A program made the translations under genes and the position numbers. Source: a virus. From it: a DNA stretch of 64,000 nucleotides. The notes beneath the pieces were generated by a model. The model did no database searches, was not told the DNA's origin, and saw only the letters and a program-made list of their open reading frames with translations. Of this stretch, positions 56,087 to 62,650 are shown piece after piece; the first letter of the stretch is position 1, and the number at the start of each line of letters is the position of its first letter. The DNA is taken from IMG/VR virus record IMGVR_UViG_3300028588_000020, positions 6,035 through 70,034 of that record; one strand, written 5' to 3'.

Positions 56087-56577
56087 TGGAACGCAAACCT
56101 GACACCGATCTGCCGCCGTCAATCGAGGCCGGCATGCAATCGAACTACCTGGGGAGCCCGATCGTCGTGGGCAAGCTGGTCGAGGCCGAGCTGGTCGAGA
56201 TCCTCGGCTGGGTGAAGGCGCGCGCCGCCGGCACCATGCAGGCCGCGCAGATGGCCAGCCAGGCCAGGATCCGCGCCAAGGAATTCTCGGCGATCTTCGC
56301 CGGCGAGCGCGATGAATACAGCCCGATCGTGGGCTGGAACACCCGCGTGGGCGGCCTGAACGAGCAAATCAAGGTCGACCTGTCGCACTACTGGCAGAGC
56401 CAGCGCGGTGCGCACGGCAATGACCCGTATGAGGTGCTGTATATGTGGCTGGTATGGGCCGTGGTCGATTCGCTGTCGGTAGACGATAACGATCTGTCCG
56501 ACGTCACCATGGGCGGCCGCGTGGCCGGCCTGATCCGCCTGCTCACCGGCAGCACCGCGCGGAGGGCCGCAGAATGA
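56086..56577 (+). CDS. Hypothetical protein between the kinase/ART and Nudix genes
   Basis: TAATG-coupled; an operator-like site lies just upstream at 56034-56050. Confidence 0.7.
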   Translation: MERKPDTDLPPSIEAGMQSNYLGSPIVVGKLVEAELVEILGWVKARAAGTMQAAQMASQARIRAKEFSAIFAGERDEYSPIVGWNTRVGGLNEQIKVDLSHYWQSQRGAHGNDPYEVLYMWLVWAVVDSLSVDDNDLSDVTMGGRVAGLIRLLTGSTARRAAE

Positions 56578-57488
56578 GCAAGAACGCGGTCCTGTTCGTG
56601 AATGACAAGCCCATCGCCCTGGTCACCAGCTTTGAAGTGCCGCTGCTGAAAGCCCACGTGAAGGGCTTCACGAAGCGCGACGGCACCTACGTGGCGCCGC
56701 ACGATACCAAGGCGAAAACCAAGCAGATAGCGCTGTTCGGCAATCCCAAGGGCATCGTGGGCGCGCAGTTCGGCGGCACCACGCCGATCGGCAAGAAGCC
56801 CGGCAGCCTGTTCGCCAGCGGCCCGGCGTCGACGCAGTATCCGGATGCGGAAGATCACCCGCAACTGAACGACAAGGGCTATCCGGTCCAGATCAACAAG
56901 CCGAGCCAGCCCACGGCGCCAGGCACCTGGACCAACCCGGCTGCGCTGGCCACCTTCGTGCCCGATGGGGATGCGCCTGACTTCATCAACGGCGTGGCGC
57001 TGGCCGAATGGACCGATGCGCCCACCTCGCTGGCCATGTGGGCCGCCGTCCCGGGCACCATGCCGGATCTGCAGGAGCCGCCCATGCCGGATGCGAAAAT
57101 GTCGGATGGCAAGCCCAAGGAACACGCTGCCGGCGTCCTGATCGAGGAGCCCGATGGCCGCGTGTGGGTCATGCGCCCGACCAATGGCTTCGGCGGCTAC
57201 GAGGCCACGTTCCCGAAAGGGCGCGCCGACGATGGCCTGTCGCTGCAAGCCTCGGCCATCAAGGAAGCGTTCGAGGAAACCGGCCTGCAAGTCGAGATCA
57301 CCGGCTACCTGGGCGATATCGAGCGCACGACCACGGTGGCGCGCTACTACACCGCGCGCCGCGTCGGCGGCACGCCGCAGCACATGGGATGGGAAGCGCA
57401 GGCCGTGCAGCTCGTGCCGCCGGCGCTGCTGCCGATGGTGCTGAACTCGCCGATCGATCACAAGATTATCGCAATGCGTCAAAAATAA
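56574..57488 (+). CDS. Nudix hydrolase with N-terminal KAHVKGFTKRDG motif
   Basis: Nudix box FPKGRADDGLSLQASAIKEAFEETGL. Confidence 0.85.
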   Translation: MSKNAVLFVNDKPIALVTSFEVPLLKAHVKGFTKRDGTYVAPHDTKAKTKQIALFGNPKGIVGAQFGGTTPIGKKPGSLFASGPASTQYPDAEDHPQLNDKGYPVQINKPSQPTAPGTWTNPAALATFVPDGDAPDFINGVALAEWTDAPTSLAMWAAVPGTMPDLQEPPMPDAKMSDGKPKEHAAGVLIEEPDGRVWVMRPTNGFGGYEATFPKGRADDGLSLQASAIKEAFEETGLQVEITGYLGDIERTTTVARYYTARRVGGTPQHMGWEAQAVQLVPPALLPMVLNSPIDHKIIAMRQK

Positions 57489-57500
57489 TCACACAAAAGA

Positions 57501-57517
57501 CTAGCGCAATGCGTTAG
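57501..57517 (+). promoter_or_regulatory. Palindromic operator overlapping a promoter
   Basis: CTAGCGCAATGCGTTAG; TAGCGC-N17-TAAGAT. Confidence 0.8.
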
Positions 57518-57568
57518 TGTGGGTTAAGATCCTTTCCGTTGAAACTCAAACCGAAAAGGAAATTAACC

Positions 57569-58246
57569 ATGTGGATCCTCGCCAACAACGCATTTCTCTC
57601 GATCGTAGTCCCGGGCAAGGATGAGGCGCCGGCCGGCAGCGGCCTGCTCCTCGTCCGTTCCCGCCGCCTGCAGTACATCAAGAACGTGTTCCCCGAGGCC
57701 GTCATCACCAGCCAATCGGGCCGCGACTACCAGTTCCGCACCCTGCTGCCGGCCGCCGAAGTCGGCGCCGCGATCGGCAAACTGGTCAGCGAGATCTCCT
57801 ACCCGAACTTCAAAGGCTCGATCCGCGAGGATGCCCTGCATACCGCATGCAATCAGGTCTGGCACGTGATGGCGCGCCTGCAGCCGGTTCGCCCCTACGG
57901 CCGCTACCCGCTGCTCCAGCGCGCGCCGGCCCGCGCCACTTCGATGGCCGCCACCAGCTCGGGCAGCGACAAGGCCAGCGTGCCGCTGGTCAAGCAAACC
58001 CCGGCCGAGGGCCATCTGCTCGCCGTGATCGCCACCGTGCGCCAGTGCTTGGCCAACACCGCTAACCGGATCCATCACGAGGAGTCGTTCGACACCACGA
58101 CCGGCCGCGTCAGCGTTATCGGCCGCCCAAGCGATCGCGGCAGCAACCGCATCGATCTGCAACTGGACGGCAAGCGCATCGGCCGCAATGCCCTCGATAT
58201 CAAGCTGCGCGGCCAGTACGTGCTCGACGGCTCGGCCAAGGCCTGA
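57569..58246 (+). CDS. Conserved phage hypothetical protein
   Basis: AAGGA RBS; MWILANNAFLSIV...LLVRSR...DYQFR...YPNFK motif. Confidence 0.7.
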   Translation: MWILANNAFLSIVVPGKDEAPAGSGLLLVRSRRLQYIKNVFPEAVITSQSGRDYQFRTLLPAAEVGAAIGKLVSEISYPNFKGSIREDALHTACNQVWHVMARLQPVRPYGRYPLLQRAPARATSMAATSSGSDKASVPLVKQTPAEGHLLAVIATVRQCLANTANRIHHEESFDTTTGRVSVIGRPSDRGSNRIDLQLDGKRIGRNALDIKLRGQYVLDGSAKA

Positions 58247-58248
58247 TC

Positions 58249-58671
58249 GTGGCGGCCGCTCTCAAGTTCCCGATCGAGCTCAAGCTGACCGTTGGCCAGC
58301 GTGAATTCCTGCTCGATCGCCTCGATGCCGGCGGCGCGCTGGCCGAGTGCATGATCGATACGTTCGAGGACGAGCCGGCCATGCACCTCTCGTTCTCGGA
58401 GTGGGAAAGCAAGGCCGAGGTGCTGGCCGCGTGCATGCGGCACGTGAACCACTTGGGTGGCTGCACCATCCTGATCGATGACAAGTTCGAGATCGAGCTG
58501 CTGGTCGACGCGCTGGTGGGATCCACGCTGCTGGCGCGCCTGCGCGAGGGCCAGCACGAATCGCCGGCCGCCGCCCGCGACTACGCCGGCGGCAAGCGCA
58601 TCGCCGCCAAGCTGCAGCAGATTTTTACCAAGCTGTTCGGCCGCGAGGTCGAATGCCCACCCGTTGAGTGA
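58249..58671 (+). CDS. Hypothetical protein
   Basis: In operon. Confidence 0.6.
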   Translation: MAAALKFPIELKLTVGQREFLLDRLDAGGALAECMIDTFEDEPAMHLSFSEWESKAEVLAACMRHVNHLGGCTILIDDKFEIELLVDALVGSTLLARLREGQHESPAAARDYAGGKRIAAKLQQIFTKLFGREVECPPVE

Positions 58672-58679
58672 GGAACAAC

Positions 58680-59144
58680 ATGACTGACGCCACCACCGCG
58701 CGCCTGATACCCACGTTCGCCGAGCACATGGCCGACCACGACCGCTTTCATGCGATCGCCGAGCAGATTCTGGATCTGCACTACAAGAGCCCGGCCGCGC
58801 TGGCGCATTTGAAGCGCGTGCCCGAGCTGGAAAAGTTCTCGATGGGCACGCGCGGCGATCGCGCGTATATCTACTGGATCATTCGCTGGCCAGGCGGGGA
58901 ATGCGATCGCGGCAATTTCTTCGTTCCGCCCGCCTGGTTCGATGACTTCGACCCGGCCGCCATACAGGCTTTCTTGCAGGAAGCGGCCGAGAAGATGGCG
59001 CGCGAGATCGAGGCGGCCGAGGCCGAGGCCAAGCGCCGCGAGCAAGACCTGCGCGATACGATCGCCAAGGCCGAGCTGGGCAACGCCATCGCCATCGTGC
59101 GCGCTGCCGGCTTCGAGGTGCATTTGCCACTGAAAAATGACTAG
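58680..59144 (+). CDS. Hypothetical protein
   Basis: GAGGA RBS. Confidence 0.65.
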   Translation: MTDATTARLIPTFAEHMADHDRFHAIAEQILDLHYKSPAALAHLKRVPELEKFSMGTRGDRAYIYWIIRWPGGECDRGNFFVPPAWFDDFDPAAIQAFLQEAAEKMAREIEAAEAEAKRREQDLRDTIAKAELGNAIAIVRAAGFEVHLPLKND

Positions 59145-59157
59145 CGCATTGCGTTAG
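59141..59157 (+). promoter_or_regulatory. Palindromic operator overlapping a promoter
   Basis: CTAGCGCATTGCGTTAG; TAGCGC-N17-TATGCT. Confidence 0.8.
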
Positions 59158-59202
59158 TAGCTGGTATGCTTCGTTTCATTGAAAGTCAACAAGGAACGAA
59201 GC

Positions 59203-59604
59203 ATGCTCACCACCGCCAAGCGCGGCCGCAAGGCCACCACCGGCCGATTCGATACCCGCGAGATCCTGTGCGCCTTTGTGTGGCATCTGTACCTGAACAC
59301 TCCGATCAAGCCCACCATCATCGCGCTGCGCGCCAAGGTGCCCACCGGCACGGTCTGCCGGATCCTCAACAAGCGCGAAGGCCACCCCGATGACGTGCGC
59401 GCCGCCGCCCTGGCGGCCAACGCGGCCGAGGTGGCGGTGCTGTTCAAGAGCTACGATCGCGCGGGCTGGTGGATCGATCGCATGGGCCAGATGGAATTTC
59501 TGGATGACCAGCTCACCGGCGCCGGCGTCACGTTCCAGCCCGAGTTCTACCAGTCCACGTTCCGCGACTTCGATCGCCTCAACTTCCACGGCTACATCAT
59601 CTGA
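59203..59604 (+). CDS. Possible HTH DNA-binding protein
   Basis: AAGGA RBS; KPTIIALRAKVPTGTVCRILN is HTH-like. Confidence 0.55.
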   Translation: MLTTAKRGRKATTGRFDTREILCAFVWHLYLNTPIKPTIIALRAKVPTGTVCRILNKREGHPDDVRAAALAANAAEVAVLFKSYDRAGWWIDRMGQMEFLDDQLTGAGVTFQPEFYQSTFRDFDRLNFHGYII

Positions 59605-59605
59605 T

Positions 59606-59728
59606 TGTTTCACGTGGAACAAAGGCACTCTGATGCCCATTGTTTCACGTGGAACAATCGCTGATGGGTCACCCGCTGTTTCACGTGGAACAATTTGCGG
59701 CCGATGCTTCACTGTTTCACGTGGAACA
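59606..59728. repeat. parS: Array of four chromosomal-type parS sites
   Basis: TGTTTCACGTGGAACA at 59606, 59641, 59677 and 59713. Confidence 0.9.
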
Positions 59729-59756
59729 AAATCTCAACTACCGAAAAGGACCATCC

Positions 59757-60035
59757 ATGATCACCAAAGAAACCGAGGCCGAACTGGCCACCCTGCGCGC
59801 CAAACAGGCCGAGTTCCTCGCCCGCGTCAAAGCACGCGGCGGCAACGTACTGGAATTCACCGCCCCATGCTGCGGCGGCAAACAGGAAACCCATGCGCCC
59901 ACCACGCCGATCGAGCCGGGCGAGCGCCCCTGGTCCTCGATGGCCACCTGCACCAACTGCGGCGCCATGTACATGAAAAACACCTACCACGACCACGTGG
60001 CGGCCGCGATCCCGCCGGAATTGGAGAAGGCATGA
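59757..60035 (+). CDS. Small zinc-ribbon protein
   Basis: PCCG...CTNCG; AAGGA RBS. Confidence 0.65.
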   Translation: MITKETEAELATLRAKQAEFLARVKARGGNVLEFTAPCCGGKQETHAPTTPIEPGERPWSSMATCTNCGAMYMKNTYHDHVAAAIPPELEKA

Positions 60036-60916
60036 AGCGCCGGCCCCTGCTCATGATCGCCTGCTCGGGCGCGAAAAACCCGGGCACGCACAAGGCCATC
60101 GACCTGTATCGCGGCGTGATGTTCGACGTGCTGCGCAAGTGGATGCCGGAAGGCGATCGCGCGCCCGAGATTTTCATCATTTCGGCCAAGCATGGCCTGG
60201 TGCACCAGCACCAGCTCCTGGCCGATTACGAGCAGCCGATGACGCCCCGCCGGCAGCAAGAACTGCTGGCCACCGGCTTCGATCTGGATCCGTTCAAGGG
60301 CCAGCAGTTCACCGACGTGTTCATCGCCGGCGGCGCCATGTACCGGGCGATCGGGCAGGCCTACGTGGGCTACCTGATGGCGGCCGGGATCCTGCTGCCT
60401 GACGCCGGCGTGAACGCCACCACCGGCGGCATCGGCTTGCAGCGCAGCCAGCTCGGAGCCTACCTGCGCAGCCTGGCCGATATGCCCGACACGGTCAGCC
60501 GCGTGCGCGGCGCCGGCGGCAACAAGCGCGGCGAGCTGCACCAAGTGCTGACCATCAAGAGCAAGGGCGGTTGCCGCGCCAAGCCTTGCCGCACGTGCCC
60601 ATGGCGCCCCGAGAACACCGGCGAGTTTCCGGCCGAGGCTTTCCGCCACTCGGCGCCCACGGCCTACGATGCGGCGCTGTCGCTGTTCTCGTGCCACGAG
60701 TCGGGCGCCAAGAAACCAGCCACCTGCGCCGGGTTCCTTCTGCGCAATTCGAGCCATAATCTCGGCGTGCGCCTGGCCCAAAGCATGGGCACGCTCGATT
60801 TGAAAAAGGTGCACGACGGCGGCGCCGAGCTGTTCCCGAGCTACCGGGCCATGGCGATCGCCAACGGTGTGGATCCCGAAGATCCAGTTTTACAACCATG
60901 CAGGGATGATAATTAA
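60032..60916 (+). CDS. Two-domain protein (DUF6884-like + Cys/His DUF6283-like)
   Basis: IACSGAK...AIDLYRG...ISAKHGL; PCRTCPWR...SCHES...CAGFL. Confidence 0.6.
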   Translation: MKRRPLLMIACSGAKNPGTHKAIDLYRGVMFDVLRKWMPEGDRAPEIFIISAKHGLVHQHQLLADYEQPMTPRRQQELLATGFDLDPFKGQQFTDVFIAGGAMYRAIGQAYVGYLMAAGILLPDAGVNATTGGIGLQRSQLGAYLRSLADMPDTVSRVRGAGGNKRGELHQVLTIKSKGGCRAKPCRTCPWRPENTGEFPAEAFRHSAPTAYDAALSLFSCHESGAKKPATCAGFLLRNSSHNLGVRLAQSMGTLDLKKVHDGGAELFPSYRAMAIANGVDPEDPVLQPCRDDN

Positions 60917-60917
60917 C

Positions 60918-61397
60918 ATGCAATACACGCCAATTCATGAACTGAAAACCGACCCCGAAGTGTTCGAGGCCGTCATCGACGGTTCGCTCACCCACAATAT
61001 CCGCCTCAACGATCGAGGCTTTGCCGTAGGTGATCTGCTGCACCTGCGCGAGACAGCCTGGACCGGGCAGCAGATGAAAGAGGGGAGCGAGCTGCGCTAC
61101 ACCGGCCGCGTGACGCTGCGCGAGATCAGCCATATCCTGACCGGCTACGGCCTGGCCGAGGGCTGGTGCACGCTGTCGTTCCGGATCTTCAACGTCGATC
61201 GGCCGGTGCGCCGCTTCACCTCGGTGGCCGGGTTCAGCAGCAACACGGCCTATGTCGAGTACAACCGTGGCGATTGCATGATCGTGCGCACCGATGGCAA
61301 GAACATCAAGGGCGATATCGGCCTGGAGCGCGCTGAGCAGTACGTGCGCGAGGGAACCTGGCGCGAGCTGTCGCTGGTCGAGGTGCCGCGTGGCTAG
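60918..61397 (+). CDS. DUF3850/ASCH-like (PUA-fold) protein
   Basis: HELKTDPEVFEAVIDG...IRLNDRGFAVGDLLHLRE. Confidence 0.75.
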   Translation: MQYTPIHELKTDPEVFEAVIDGSLTHNIRLNDRGFAVGDLLHLRETAWTGQQMKEGSELRYTGRVTLREISHILTGYGLAEGWCTLSFRIFNVDRPVRRFTSVAGFSSNTAYVEYNRGDCMIVRTDGKNIKGDIGLERAEQYVREGTWRELSLVEVPRG

Positions 61398-62079
61398 TCG
61401 CTACTCCACCCGCCCGGCCGGGCGCGGCGTGGCGGCCGCGCGCCAGCGCCGCGAGGACGACGAGAAGCTGGCAGCATCGCAGGCGGCCAAGGCCAGCGTC
61501 GCCCACCTGCCTGATGAACCGATTGTTCCACGTGAAACAACGGCGCCTCAAACAGCGATTGTTTCACGTGAAACAGTGGAGCCGCCCAGCGATTTCGATA
61601 TCGCCTGGCATGAGGCCAACGAGGACCGCCGGCCGAACAAGGCGCTGGCGCGCTACTGGTTCACCAAGGGCCGCGCACGCGGCTACGCCGCCGAGGCCGA
61701 CAAGAGCCGGCCCGAGGCCAAGGCGCTGCGCGCCCGCATCGCCGAGCTCGAAGCCATCAACGGCCGGCTGGCGGCCGACGTCGCCATGCTCGGCGGGAAT
61801 CCGATCGAGGCGGCCACGCGCGTGGTCATCGGTCCCGAGGTCGAGCACATCACGATCGGGACCACCGGCTACCCGATCGCCCTGGTGCGCCAAAGCCTGC
61901 TCGATGGCCAGCGCATGGTGGCGCGCACGCGGGATCTGGTCCTGACCATGCGCGAGCTGGTGATCGCCGCCCGCAAGCTGCGCCACTCGGCCGAGTGCAA
62001 GACCGAGCGCGCCAAGGATCTGACGTTCATCGCGCGCATCCTGCTCAAGGCCGAGAAGATCAGCCGGGAGGACGTATGA
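61390..62079 (+). CDS. Hypothetical protein containing two parS sites in its coding sequence
   Basis: GTG start overlapping the upstream stop. Confidence 0.6.
   Translation: MASRYSTRPAGRGVAAARQRREDDEKLAASQAAKASVAHLPDEPIVPRETTAPQTAIVSRETVEPPSDFDIAWHEANEDRRPNKALARYWFTKGRARGYAAEADKSRPEAKALRARIAELEAINGRLAADVAMLGGNPIEAATRVVIGPEVEHITIGTTGYPIALVRQSLLDGQRMVARTRDLVLTMRELVIAARKLRHSAECKTERAKDLTFIARILLKAEKISREDV
61524..61575. repeat. parS: Two further parS sites
   Basis: TGTTCCACGTGAAACA (61524) and TGTTTCACGTGAAACA (61560). Confidence 0.85.
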
Positions 62080-62561
62080 GCGTCGAGACACCTGGTGAAC
62101 GGATCCGCCGGCTGCGGCAGAACGTCATGATCCACTCCTACCTCTACTACGTCCTGAACGACACGATCGTGACGGATCACCAGTGGCAGGCCTGGGCCAC
62201 CGAGCTGGTCGACCTGCAGGCGCGCTGGCCAGGCTCGCACGGCCTGCTCGATGACGAGTTCGCCGGATGGGATGGGATCAGCGGCTTCGACTTCAAGTAT
62301 CCCAAGTGGATGGTCGACCACGCCCACTACTTGCAGCGCCTGCAGCACAACCCGGGCATGCGCGGCGCCAAGCCGGCCCCGGTGGTCTACACGTTGCAGG
62401 GCAAGCCGTTGGCGCCGGCCTGGACCGTTACAGCCCCGCCGGCGGCCGCAGAGGCCCCGCCAAGCGATCCGGCGCCCACCAAGCGCCGCGCACCCACCCG
62501 CCGCGCAGCGCCGGCCGTGGCGGCCCCGCAGGATCCGCCGGAACAGGCCAGCCTGTTTTAA
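62076..62561 (+). CDS. Stand-alone NAD-dependent DNA ligase N-terminal (Ia)-like domain protein
   Basis: IRRLRQNVMIHSYLYYVLNDTIVTDHQWQAWATELVDLQARWP. Confidence 0.6.
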   Translation: MSVETPGERIRRLRQNVMIHSYLYYVLNDTIVTDHQWQAWATELVDLQARWPGSHGLLDDEFAGWDGISGFDFKYPKWMVDHAHYLQRLQHNPGMRGAKPAPVVYTLQGKPLAPAWTVTAPPAAAEAPPSDPAPTKRRAPTRRAAPAVAAPQDPPEQASLF

Positions 62562-62568
62562 CGCACCA

Positions 62569-62593
62569 GGGGCCGCGCAATGCGGCCCTTTTT
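62569..62593 (+). terminator. Intrinsic terminator
   Basis: GGGCCGC/GCGGCCC stem followed by T5. Confidence 0.75.
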
Positions 62594-62650
62594 CCCTGAT
62601 ATTCCGGTCGTGACGCCAAGCTGAAAGCCTCGATTCAACAGAGGTTTTCA

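Noticed and set aside
59606-59728. CRISPR-like array (repeat plus short unique spacers)
   Set aside because: The 16-bp repeat is the parS consensus, the spacers are only 19-20 nt and related to each other, and no cas genes are present. The 30122..30994 nuclease sits with RecT and is not Cas4 in a CRISPR context.
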